A DNA stretch of 64,000 nt from Polyangiaceae bacterium (GTDB lineage Bacteria; Myxococcota_A; Polyangia; Polyangiales; Polyangiaceae). Every line of letters begins with the position of its first letter. The first letter of the stretch is position 1. Where the stretch lies: NCBI GenBank assembly GCA_033763455.1, contig JANRKO010000023.1, positions 1 through 64,000 of the forward strand. Direction: 5' to 3'. Of the stretch, positions 9,160 to 18,299 are shown piece after piece. Both the position numbers and the translations under genes were made by a program. Below the pieces are notes generated by a model. The model worked only from the letters and a program-made list of their open reading frames with translations. It ran no database searches and was not told where the DNA came from.

Positions 9160-10647
9160 TCAGAACGCGGCTGGGCTGACCCCACCCGCGGGCCGTGCTT
9201 TGGCTTTGGCGAGGTGCGCCCCGGCCGTTGTGAGGTAACGCGTGCGAGCATAGCCGTGCTCAACGATGGGTAGCGGATAATCCCTTTCTAGGACCACACC
9301 AGCTTTCTCAAGGACAGCCTTCGGTGCAAGCCAAGGCGTATGAATATGCGAGGCCGGCAGCTTACTAAGCTCGGGTACCCAGCGCCTAACGTACGCTCCG
9401 CTAGCGTCGAACTTCTGACCCTGACTCGTCGGGTTAAACACGCGAAAGTAGGGTTGAGCGTCCGTACCCGTCCCAGCAGACCATTGCCAACCCAAGTTAT
9501 TGTTGGCTTGATCGGCATCGGTAAGCCACCTCATATAGTGCGCCTCACCACGTCGATAGTCGATGAGCAAATGTTTGGTAAGGAAACTCGCGGTGACCAT
9601 GCGTGCGCGATTGTGCACGACGCCTGTAGCAAGCAGTTGGCGCTGCGCCGCATCAACAAGCGGATAGCCTGTGTGTCCGCTTTGCCAAGCTTGCCACTCC
9701 CCCTCTTCGAAACGCCAAGGAAATCCCGAAAATTCCTGGCGAAATGGTTCTCTTTCAACGCGCGGGAAGTGATACAAAAGGTGATGTGCAAATTCCCGCC
9801 AGCCAAGCTGCCGCAGGAAGGCGTCTCGCCCTGCACTCGCAGGCAAGCCACTCACCGAATTCCACACTTCGCGCACAGACAACGTACCGAACCTTAAGTC
9901 TTGTGACAGAAAGCTGGTACCTTCACGGGACATATCATCGCGAGACATTGAATAATCATTTATCCCGCTAGTTTTGAACCGCTTGAGGCGTGCTCTTGCT
10001 GCAACCGACCCCGGCTCAGTCAGCCCGCGCTCCGGGCGCAAACCCAACTCCTCTAGCAGTGGGACAGCATTCATACCCGAACGCACGTTACCTGCGCTGC
10101 CCGCCCTCAGCTGGGCAAGCACATCGGCTGGCAACGGGCCAATCCTGGAGGGCCTGGCCGAAACCTGCACGTCCGTAATCACACCCAGAAGCCGGCGGTA
10201 GAAGGGGGAAAACACCAAGAACGGCGACCCTTCGGAGTTCTTCACGGCGGTGGGCGGCACTAGTGTTTCCCCCACCATCAAGCGAAAAGGCACCTTCAGG
10301 GCGCGACCTAGCGACTCCTCTCGCGTCCGTTCCCCGGGCTCGCTTCGAGAGTACGCCAGCACTTGGTCGACTTTATACCTTTCGACCAGTTGCGGAATGA
10401 CGTGTGCACTGCTGCCAAGAGCAATCAACAAAGAAGAACCCAGCCCTTCGAACTCTAAGGCAAGCTCCACCAAAGAACCTATGAAGAACTGAATACTCCG
10501 CGCCGCTTCTTTTGCTCGACTAGCCTCATAAACCTGAGGCTCCAACACCACAACAGCAACCACCTCCCCGGCACGCACGCCCTCCAAAAGTGGCGCGTGA
10601 TCTTCTACGCGCAGGTCTTTCCCACGAAACCAAACCAAGCTTCTCAC
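9160..10647 (-). CDS. phrB: Deoxyribodipyrimidine (CPD) photolyase
   Basis: WFR.KDLR..D, LRFGTLS.R, WREF, TGYPLVDA, HNRARM, WQWSAG and FRVFNP motifs. Confidence 0.93.
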   Translation of the reverse strand: MRSLVWFRGKDLRVEDHAPLLEGVRAGEVVAVVVLEPQVYEASRAKEAARSIQFFIGSLVELALEFEGLGSSLLIALGSSAHVIPQLVERYKVDQVLAYSRSEPGERTREESLGRALKVPFRLMVGETLVPPTAVKNSEGSPFLVFSPFYRRLLGVITDVQVSARPSRIGPLPADVLAQLRAGSAGNVRSGMNAVPLLEELGLRPERGLTEPGSVAARARLKRFKTSGINDYSMSRDDMSREGTSFLSQDLRFGTLSVREVWNSVSGLPASAGRDAFLRQLGWREFAHHLLYHFPRVEREPFRQEFSGFPWRFEEGEWQAWQSGHTGYPLVDAAQRQLLATGVVHNRARMVTASFLTKHLLIDYRRGEAHYMRWLTDADQANNNLGWQWSAGTGTDAQPYFRVFNPTSQGQKFDASGAYVRRWVPELSKLPASHIHTPWLAPKAVLEKAGVVLERDYPLPIVEHGYARTRYLTTAGAHLAKAKARPAGGVSPAAF

Positions 10648-10659
10648 CGTGCCCTCCTG

Positions 10660-11646
10660 TTACAAGGCAGTCGCCGAGTTTGCACTTGAGCCCTCAAACC
10701 AGGCGTCCAACGCCTGAAGTGACAGTAGGCGCTGCACTCCAACTTGATTGAGTTCCGAAGCTGCCGCGCCTCCGAGCAGTATCTGAACGTCCGAGTCCAG
10801 GCCCGCTCGCAGGGCGCGCAGGTACTCTTTGGAGCCATCCGTTGCACACACCACTGAAAGCATGACGGTACGCGCTCGACTCGACTTGGCGGTCGCGATC
10901 AGATCCGCGACGGGTACATTGGGACCAAGATAAATGACCCGCTGGCCGTTGGCTGCACCGATTAGGGCGGCCGAAAGAGCCCCCATACCATGCATTTCGC
11001 CGCTCGGCGTGGCTGCAACCGCCACCGGAGCCCCCGCGGGCTGGGCGTAGGTGCGCATCAGAAATGCCAGTTGGTTGCGCATGACTTCGGTGGCAGCGTG
11101 CTCATGGGCGATGGAAAATTCCCCACTCTCCCAGAGTGCGCCAACCTCGTGCAGGAGCGGCGCTAACACCTCGATAACGAACGCTCGTGGCTCAAAGGCA
11201 AGCGAGCTCTGCGCAATAAAACGCTCCGCGTCGCTTGTTCGCATCTCTCGAATGGCAGCGAGAAAACCTTCCCGCACCTGCTCACCCACCCGAGGGCTTT
11301 CCACCTCAGGGGCGCGACGCATCTGAGCCAGAAGCGCCTTCAATTCTTCCCGATTGAGATGGGCAATCTGACCTATCGAGTTTCCCATCTCCGTAAGCTG
11401 CTTGATCATTCGGAAGCGGTCTACATCTGTCTGCGCGTAGAGCCTGCCGCCTCCCGCCGAACGCGATGGCGAAAACGAACTACCATAGCGTCGTTCCCAG
11501 ACGCGCAGCTGGTGTGCCGAAAGGCCCGTAAGCCTCGCAACAGCACCAATGCGATAACGCGGCACTTCATCAGCGGCCAGAGCAAGTGGGCCCGCTGCGT
11601 CCTCTACTGCTTGAGCCAACTCAGATCCACGCTTCATGTTAACCAC
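10660..11646 (-). CDS. carH: MerR-type, B12-binding light-responsive repressor (CarH/CarA/LitR type)
   Basis: MerR HTH (LRVWERRYG, RLY), W-x9-EH motif (WESGEFSIAHEH), ExHxxG (EMHGMG), YLGPNVP; lies in the crt operon. Confidence 0.88.
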   Translation of the reverse strand: MVNMKRGSELAQAVEDAAGPLALAADEVPRYRIGAVARLTGLSAHQLRVWERRYGSSFSPSRSAGGGRLYAQTDVDRFRMIKQLTEMGNSIGQIAHLNREELKALLAQMRRAPEVESPRVGEQVREGFLAAIREMRTSDAERFIAQSSLAFEPRAFVIEVLAPLLHEVGALWESGEFSIAHEHAATEVMRNQLAFLMRTYAQPAGAPVAVAATPSGEMHGMGALSAALIGAANGQRVIYLGPNVPVADLIATAKSSRARTVMLSVVCATDGSKEYLRALRAGLDSDVQILLGGAAASELNQVGVQRLLSLQALDAWFEGSSANSATAL

Positions 11647-12206
11647 ACTAGTGTCTCCTTAACACCCTGATAGCCCTGAAAGTACCACGCCCACCACGCA
11701 ACCATCATGATGCCGTGGCCAAGAAAAATGCCGACGTGGCTCCACATCTCCACGCGATCTGAATGCAGTTGGACGTAGCGCCGCCAGTGAAAAGCCTCAT
11801 CAACAATGCTGTACATCAGCGAAAGCATCGTGAGCACCATGGCTGGCACCCAGAAAGACGGGCTCGAATATGCCAGGCACAGCAAGATGCAGCTGAGGAT
11901 CCCACAGAAAATAGTGATCCCGTGAACCAAGCCTTCACCTCGCTGTATTTCTGCCTTGTAGATCGTACGGTGCCCGATGCTATCGATCGCGATACTCAGC
12001 GCGAAAATCGCAGCTCCTACTGGCACCCAAAAAGCAACATCAGGCAGAGGTGCATTGTGCATGTAGCCGATGGCTACAAAGCCTCCTGTTGAGAATACCA
12101 ACCCCAACATGAGGCCCACCCAGGCAACATAAACAAACCAATCGATGCGCTCGAATTCGCGCGCGCGACCCACATACGTACGAAACTCAGACGGAAATGA
12201 CATCAT
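11634..12206 (-). CDS. Uncharacterised integral membrane protein with duplicated DxxxH/ExxxH motifs
   Basis: About five hydrophobic helices; overlaps the crtB stop and the carH start. Confidence 0.8.
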   Translation of the reverse strand: MMSFPSEFRTYVGRAREFERIDWFVYVAWVGLMLGLVFSTGGFVAIGYMHNAPLPDVAFWVPVGAAIFALSIAIDSIGHRTIYKAEIQRGEGLVHGITIFCGILSCILLCLAYSSPSFWVPAMVLTMLSLMYSIVDEAFHWRRYVQLHSDRVEMWSHVGIFLGHGIMMVAWWAWYFQGYQGVKETLVWLT

Positions 12207-13137
12207 CCAGGCCTTTCACTGGCAAAGATAGGCGCCGCACGCTTCGAAAAGCGCCTGCGGTAAAGATGAACGCGAACAACGTCCATAAGAAAGCCCCAAA
12301 GCAAAGCAGGAGCTTGTGGGATGTTGAGACATACACGCGACGGTCGAAGATCGCAAAATCCACCCGCCGGATCTTGTTGCCTATCGCGGAGTACACGCTA
12401 CGTGCGGCACGTACTGCCAGGGCCGCCCGAAATGGTAAAGAGGGTATCCCCCGATCGGCTGACTTGTAATAATCGTCAGCAAGGCTGAGTAGCCGCGCCA
12501 CCTGCTCCTTGAGCGAAGATTCGGCCGTTTTTGGCACACTTTGTCCCGCTTCAGGCTGCGCGAGCGTTGCCGGGAGCCACTCGGCCGGGATGTACAACCG
12601 TCCCCGCTCCCAATCTTCGGCCACATCACGCGAAATATTGGTTAACTGCATGGCGATGCCTAGGTGAGCCGCTTGAGCCAGCGCAGCTTTTGAACGCACT
12701 CCCAAGATGTGACACATCATGAGGCCAACCACGCCGGCTACTCGATAACAATACAGCAGTAGCTCCCGAAGATCGGTATACCGCACACCTCGCGCATCCA
12801 TATCCATTCCGCGAACGAGCTCAAGCGGGTACTCTTCTGGGATCTGGTACTTAGCGATCAACCCCTGAAAGAGTTGCAGCACCGGCGCTTTCTGAGCTTC
12901 ACCGGAATACACGGATTTTATCTCAGTAAACAGCTTATCCACTGCTGCGCTCTGGTGCTCTTCTGCGACATTGTCAATCGCGTCATCCGCCCTGCGGCAC
13001 CACGCATAGAGGGCAATCACGTCGTCTCGAGATTCAGCAGGCAAGAGCTTGGACGCCAACGCAAAGCTCTTGCTCTTTTCAGCAATTACTGCCCGACACT
13101 CTTCGGTGCCGTTTGCAAGCTTCCCCAATTCGTTCAC
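12187..13137 (-). CDS. crtB: Phytoene synthase
   Basis: SKSFALAS, YAWCRRADDAID, YCYRVAGVVG, QLTNISRDVAED..RGRLY. Confidence 0.95.
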   Translation of the reverse strand: MNELGKLANGTEECRAVIAEKSKSFALASKLLPAESRDDVIALYAWCRRADDAIDNVAEEHQSAAVDKLFTEIKSVYSGEAQKAPVLQLFQGLIAKYQIPEEYPLELVRGMDMDARGVRYTDLRELLLYCYRVAGVVGLMMCHILGVRSKAALAQAAHLGIAMQLTNISRDVAEDWERGRLYIPAEWLPATLAQPEAGQSVPKTAESSLKEQVARLLSLADDYYKSADRGIPSLPFRAALAVRAARSVYSAIGNKIRRVDFAIFDRRVYVSTSHKLLLCFGAFLWTLFAFIFTAGAFRSVRRLSLPVKGLDDVISV

Positions 13138-14651
13138 GCCGCCGCCTCTCCACTCGGCTTGAGCTCTGGAAAATCTTCAAGAATTACGCTCAGCGTTGCT
13201 TTGGCCGAGTTGACCACCCCGGGCAGGCCGGCTCCCGGGTGTGTTCCCGCACCCACGATGTACAAGCCCGGGATCTTAGGGTCCTTGTTGTGTGGGCGAA
13301 ACCAAGCGCTCTGGGTGAGAGTAGGTGCCACTGAAAACGCCGCCCCTTGATATGCGGAGAGCGTGCCCTGAAAGTCAGTAGGTGTGAACCAACGTTTCGT
13401 CACTACGTGTTGCCGCAAATCAGGCAGATACCGTTCGAGCGACTCCAAGATCTTTTCAGCGTACTTTGGGGCCAATTCGTCCCAATTCGCTGGAAGATGC
13501 CCGAGGTGTGGCACCGGGCTCAACACATAAAAGCCTGAGCACCCGGGCGGCGCGAGGGTCTTGTCCGTTACGGTAGGTGAGTGCAGATAGAGGCTAAAAT
13601 CTTCCGGAAGCTCGGCGCCGTGAAAAATTTCCTGCAGAAGCTCCCGATAACGAGGGCCAAAGATGACTGTATGATGAGCGATGTCGTTGTATTCCCTGTC
13701 CGTACCAAAATACAGAACAAACAATGACATCGACCACTCGGCGCGTTCGAGCTTCTTAGTGGTAACTTGAGCTTGCTGCTCGTTGCGATAGAGACGAGAG
13801 TACGTGTGGTGAACGTCTGCATTCGAGATCACAAGATCAAAGCTCTCAGGGTCGCCACCACGAGGAGTCACGATGTGCCGCACCTTCTGCCCATTTCTCT
13901 CCACCTCGATGAGATCGACCGGGCTATTGAGGCGCACTTCGCCGCCGAGCTCTTCGAACAGGCGCACCCAAGCTTTCACCAACGCGCCCGTACCGCCTCT
14001 CGGGAAGAACACGCCCCAATGCGTTTCTAGGTAATGAATGAGCGTATAGATCGAGCTTGTTTCAAAGGGATTGCCACCAACCAAGAGCGAGTGAAAGCTG
14101 AGCGCTTGCCTCAAGTGCTCGCTTTTTACAAAGCGTGCTACCGTCTGGTAAACGCTCCTATCTGCTCTGAATTTGGCCAGCGATGGGGCCACCTTCACCA
14201 TATCGAAGAACCTCAAGAATGGGGCTGCCGCGAGCTCCGTATAGCCTTTGGCAAAAACCGCCTTCGAGTACTCGATGAAGCGCTCGTAGCCCGCCAGATC
14301 TTCTGGCCACATGGCACCTATCTGCTGGCGCATGGCGTCGGTGCCAGCGTAGTCGAGGCTCGTGCTGTCTTCCCACTCAAGCCGGTAGAAGGGCTTCACA
14401 GGCAAGAGCTCCACGTAGTCAGACAGCCGACGGCCAGCGGCGCTGAACACCTCCTCTAAACACTCAGGCGCGGTGATAACGGTAGGGCCAGCATCGAAGG
14501 TGAACCCTTCATCTTCGTACACGTAGGCGCGCCCACCGGGCTTATCGCGTGCCTCAAATAAAATAGTCTTCACGCCGAGGGCCTGAAGCCGCACCGCCGC
14601 CGCCAGCCCGCCGAACCCACTACCAATAACCGCAGCTCGTGTTTCAATCAT
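13134..14651 (-). CDS. crtI: Phytoene desaturase
   Basis: GSGFGG FAD motif, FDAGPTVIT, QSAWFRPHN, VGAGTHPGAGLPGV. Confidence 0.96.
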   Translation of the reverse strand: MIETRAAVIGSGFGGLAAAVRLQALGVKTILFEARDKPGGRAYVYEDEGFTFDAGPTVITAPECLEEVFSAAGRRLSDYVELLPVKPFYRLEWEDSTSLDYAGTDAMRQQIGAMWPEDLAGYERFIEYSKAVFAKGYTELAAAPFLRFFDMVKVAPSLAKFRADRSVYQTVARFVKSEHLRQALSFHSLLVGGNPFETSSIYTLIHYLETHWGVFFPRGGTGALVKAWVRLFEELGGEVRLNSPVDLIEVERNGQKVRHIVTPRGGDPESFDLVISNADVHHTYSRLYRNEQQAQVTTKKLERAEWSMSLFVLYFGTDREYNDIAHHTVIFGPRYRELLQEIFHGAELPEDFSLYLHSPTVTDKTLAPPGCSGFYVLSPVPHLGHLPANWDELAPKYAEKILESLERYLPDLRQHVVTKRWFTPTDFQGTLSAYQGAAFSVAPTLTQSAWFRPHNKDPKIPGLYIVGAGTHPGAGLPGVVNSAKATLSVILEDFPELKPSGEAAA

Positions 14652-15672
14652 AGCTCTTCTCCAAAATGCTGAGGGTGCGCCGAAGTTCGCCGACAGCCGG
14701 GGAAAGCCCTACAACGTGGGTAAGCTCACCGAATGCAGCTTCAAGGTGTGCGTGCACTAAAGTCCGATGTTTGCTGAGGTGAGGGCGGATGCGCGCGCAC
14801 AGCACCTCAGGGTGTACATCACGAGCCTCGACCTGAGCCTGAAGCTCGCGCAGCGCGGCAAAGCCAGGTGTGTCTAGGCATTCGCTCAGCCATGACCAAA
14901 CCCACGTGAGCCGCCCGTTCAGCAAATCCTCATGGCCCTTCTGAGCCCTCCGTTCGCTGAGAATGCCGCCCAGATCGTCCAACATCTGAAGTGTAACACC
15001 AAGCTCTCGTCCAAACCTCGAAAGCGTTTGCACCACTTCGGCGGGCGCGTTCGCCGCGATAGCACCGCTTGCAGCAGCGAAGCCCATAAGGCTTCCGGTC
15101 TTTAGAGTTGTGAGCGTGCGCACCACATTCGGGAGCTCATGTTTTGGTACCTCGCCGAGCGTTGCTCCGAGATCAAGCGCCTGCCCGTAATGGCAGTTGA
15201 GCAAAGTCTCATTCATTCCTCGGTGCAGCGAGAGCTCCGTGTGCGGGGGCAGGGCAAGCTGCGCGATGAGCCGAGCAGGCCAGAAATAAAGCCAATTTCC
15301 CGCATTGAGCGCCTTCGATAAGCCGATCTGCCGATGTAATGCGGGCGCCCCGCGCCGACTGGTAGATTCGTCTTCAATGTCGTCCACAATGAGCGAGCCG
15401 GCGTGCAGGATTTCCACAACTACGGGCAGGGCAACGGGTGCCTCCCCCACTCCGCCCGCGATGCGATAGCCAAGCCGCACCAACGCTGCACGAAATTCTT
15501 TGCCTGGCCTCGCCAAAAAGTCACGCAGCGGCCCGCCAAGCACAGACTCCCACAAACCTGGGTCGACAGGGCTTTCTGGGCACAACTCACGAAGCCTCGC
15601 TTCCCCGAACTCCTCCTCCAGCAAGAGCGACACAACGGATTCTTCAACATAGGACAATGCGGGTGCATTCAT
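14644..15672 (-). CDS. crtE: Polyprenyl (GGPP) synthase
   Basis: PGKEFR, first Asp-rich motif DDIED..RRG, GQALDL, LKTG, QMLDD; position in the crt operon. Confidence 0.85.
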   Translation of the reverse strand: MNAPALSYVEESVVSLLLEEEFGEARLRELCPESPVDPGLWESVLGGPLRDFLARPGKEFRAALVRLGYRIAGGVGEAPVALPVVVEILHAGSLIVDDIEDESTSRRGAPALHRQIGLSKALNAGNWLYFWPARLIAQLALPPHTELSLHRGMNETLLNCHYGQALDLGATLGEVPKHELPNVVRTLTTLKTGSLMGFAAASGAIAANAPAEVVQTLSRFGRELGVTLQMLDDLGGILSERRAQKGHEDLLNGRLTWVWSWLSECLDTPGFAALRELQAQVEARDVHPEVLCARIRPHLSKHRTLVHAHLEAAFGELTHVVGLSPAVGELRRTLSILEKSYD

Positions 15673-16844
15673 GGGCTAACTCCTGTCTGCCAAGGGTTCA
15701 ATGAAAGGCCACGTGGAGGCCGACCGCACAGCACCCGAAATCGGTCGCTATGCGTCATACGCAGTGCGTAGAAACGAGCTATCATCGCTTCATCAAAACC
15801 GTAGAATCGGCTGAAGACGTTCCAACGCTGTTCAGGCTTGAAGCCTTGAAAGAGCAAGCGATTCAGAAACGCCGCGAAGCGAAATTGCCTAGCATGCAGG
15901 GAACCGAGCTCCTGAAGCCGTTCGCGCCACGCGCTCAACGGCTGACTAAAAACTTGAGCTACGCGAGCCGCGAGCGGCAGCGAATAGCCAGTGGTGGGAT
16001 GGAACCACCCCCCCGCATACCCCAACTTTAGGGGGGATTCGGCCGAAAATTCGGCCGTGCGTTGGCATGGCATGGGCAACACGCCCACTTCTTCGCGCAA
16101 CACATCCGAAACTTCGAGGCCAAGGCTCTTCACGTAGTCGAGAGTGCGCTTTCGTAGCGCAACAAGGTCAAGCTCTGCCGTGTTTGAAAAGTATGTATCT
16201 TCAACCAAGATACGTAGGGGCTCAAACGGCAACACGTACATGAAGCGAAAACCATCTAGCTGCGGCACTGTGGCATCCATCAGCAACGGAATGCTGCGCG
16301 AAGTGGGCGTAGCCAAGCGAAGCTCCAGCCCAAGAAATTTCTGATACAACCTTCGCCCATCCGTCAGCGCCATTTGCTCCGGGCCTCGTGCATCTAAAAC
16401 CCACTTGGCATGCAGCTCTTCCCCATTTTGGAGCACCACGCGGTTCGACTCGACCAAGCGCGCAGACTGATGAAACATGAATTCAAACGATGCAAGCGGA
16501 GCCCACGCAGCCTTCACGGCTCCCTCTAACCGCTGACTGGTTATCACCCCATACGCGGAAGGCACCGTACGTTCCCGATCGGGGAAACGCACGTCGTATT
16601 CCGTCCACATTTGCGTCACAGCGGCCTGAAGCAGCGACCAGCCCCTGGCCTCAAAATCGGCGGAGTGAAAGCACCACGTATGGTTGCCTCCAAGCCCCCC
16701 ACTCTGTTCCACCAGAGCTACCCTGAGCTCGGGGTGGAACTTGGCGAGAGCCAAAGCCACGCAGCAATTGGCCAGGCCGCCGCCGATCAGCACCACATCG
16801 AGGGGGCGGAGGTCCGGCTCTGCTCTGTCTTGATTTTGGGCCAT
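15669..16844 (-). CDS. crtY: Lycopene beta-cyclase (CrtY type)
   Basis: IGGGLAN, GGNHTWCFH, YQKFLG, MDATVPQLDGFRFMYVLP, EDTYFS, FHPTTGYSLP. Confidence 0.93.
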   Translation of the reverse strand: MAQNQDRAEPDLRPLDVVLIGGGLANCCVALALAKFHPELRVALVEQSGGLGGNHTWCFHSADFEARGWSLLQAAVTQMWTEYDVRFPDRERTVPSAYGVITSQRLEGAVKAAWAPLASFEFMFHQSARLVESNRVVLQNGEELHAKWVLDARGPEQMALTDGRRLYQKFLGLELRLATPTSRSIPLLMDATVPQLDGFRFMYVLPFEPLRILVEDTYFSNTAELDLVALRKRTLDYVKSLGLEVSDVLREEVGVLPMPCQRTAEFSAESPLKLGYAGGWFHPTTGYSLPLAARVAQVFSQPLSAWRERLQELGSLHARQFRFAAFLNRLLFQGFKPEQRWNVFSRFYGFDEAMIARFYALRMTHSDRFRVLCGRPPRGLSLNPWQTGVSP

Positions 16845-16897
16845 GGTTCAAGCGCGTCTAAGACTTGTAGACCCAATTCGAGGCCCGTCAAGGGGAG

Positions 16898-16925
16898 TGT
16901 CTAGTTTTTGTCTATCATTTGTCAA
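16898..16925 (-). promoter_or_regulatory. Putative CarH operator: three direct repeats in 11-bp phase
   Basis: Minus strand reads TTGACA-aatga-TAGACA-aaaac-TAGACA, 54-81 bp upstream of crtY. Confidence 0.75.
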
Positions 16926-16979
16926 AGTCTGGGAGGGCCTGCTCTGGGGGGCCTACGGGAAATGCTCTAAATCTCGGCA

Positions 16980-18299
16980 ATGCTTACACGTCGCTCAGTG
17001 CTCGGGGGTGCGGCTCTCACCGGTCCCGCGGCAGCCTTGCTTCTCCGCTCATCTCCCGCTGAAGCTCGCCCCTGGGAGGCCTCCTACAGCGGAAGCGCGG
17101 TTAACCCGAACGCCACACCGGGTGAGCCGAACAAAGACTACCGGCCCGTAACCACCCCGAACGGGTCTGCACTGCCCTGGAAGGTCGTCGATGGAGTGAA
17201 AGTCTATCACCTCGTAGCAGAGGAGGTGGAGCATGAATTTGCACCAGGCCTCAAAGCTAAATGCTGGGGCTACAACGGAAGCGTTCCCGGCCCGACGTTA
17301 GAGGCGGTGGAGGGCGATCGGATCCGCGTGTACGTTACCAATCGTTTGAAAGAACCCACGACCGTGCATTGGCACGGTGTGTTCTTACCCAATGGGATGG
17401 ATGGCGTGGGTGGTCTCAACCAGCGCAGTATCGCACCCGGGGAAACGTTCAAATACGAGTGGACGTTTCGACAGCACGGGACGTTCATGTACCACCCACA
17501 CCACGATGAGATGACACAAATGGCTATGGGCATGGGTGGGATGCTCATCGTGCATCCCCGCAATCCTTCCGCAGACGCAGTCGTACAGTGCGATTTTGCT
17601 TTAATGCTAGGAACCTGGAAGATCGTTCCCGGCACCCATCGCCCCGATCCAAACGAAATGACGGACTTTAACTTGCTCACGCTGAATGCTCGAGCATACC
17701 CAGGCACCGCTCCCTTGGTTTGCAAGAAGGGTGATCGCGTCCGCATCCGGCTTGGGAACTTGAGCGCCATGGACCACCACCCCATCCATCTTCACGGGTT
17801 TTACTTCAAGACTACAGCAACCGATGGTGGACAGATCCCACAATCCGCCCAAGCGCCAGAAACGACAGTGCTGGTGCCCACGGGGAGCACACGTACTATT
17901 GAGTTCATTGCAGACGCTGAGGGCGACTGGGCGATGCATTGCCATATGACCCACCACGTCATGAATCAAATGGGGCACGGCATAACGAATATCATCGGCG
18001 TCGACCCCAAACGGTTGGACAAAGCGGTGGGCCCCCATCTGGATCGCTATATGACCATGGGCACTGAGGGTATGGGCAACATGGAAGGGATGTCGATGCC
18101 AGTGCCACCAAACAGTATTCCGATGGTGGGCGGAAACGGAGCCTTCGGCGAGATCACGATGGGCGGCATGTTCACCATCTTGAAGGTCCGGCAAACTCTG
18201 GAAAAAGAGGGAGATCCTGGCTGGTACCAGCCACCGCCTGGGACACAAGCCTCGCTCGCCTCCCCTGAAGAGCTAGCACGTGATGGAGTGAATCTGTGA
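16980..18299 (+). CDS. Tat-exported two-domain multicopper oxidase with Met-rich C-terminus
   Basis: TRRSVL twin-arginine signal; HWH, YHPH, HPIHLH and HCHMTHH copper motifs. Confidence 0.9.
   Translation: MLTRRSVLGGAALTGPAAALLLRSSPAEARPWEASYSGSAVNPNATPGEPNKDYRPVTTPNGSALPWKVVDGVKVYHLVAEEVEHEFAPGLKAKCWGYNGSVPGPTLEAVEGDRIRVYVTNRLKEPTTVHWHGVFLPNGMDGVGGLNQRSIAPGETFKYEWTFRQHGTFMYHPHHDEMTQMAMGMGGMLIVHPRNPSADAVVQCDFALMLGTWKIVPGTHRPDPNEMTDFNLLTLNARAYPGTAPLVCKKGDRVRIRLGNLSAMDHHPIHLHGFYFKTTATDGGQIPQSAQAPETTVLVPTGSTRTIEFIADAEGDWAMHCHMTHHVMNQMGHGITNIIGVDPKRLDKAVGPHLDRYMTMGTEGMGNMEGMSMPVPPNSIPMVGGNGAFGEITMGGMFTILKVRQTLEKEGDPGWYQPPPGTQASLASPEELARDGVNL

Noticed and set aside
9160..16844. Retinal/rhodopsin module (blh plus opsin)
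   Set aside because: No seven-helix opsin with a retinal Lys motif and no Blh-sized ORF; orf190 is too short and has different motifs
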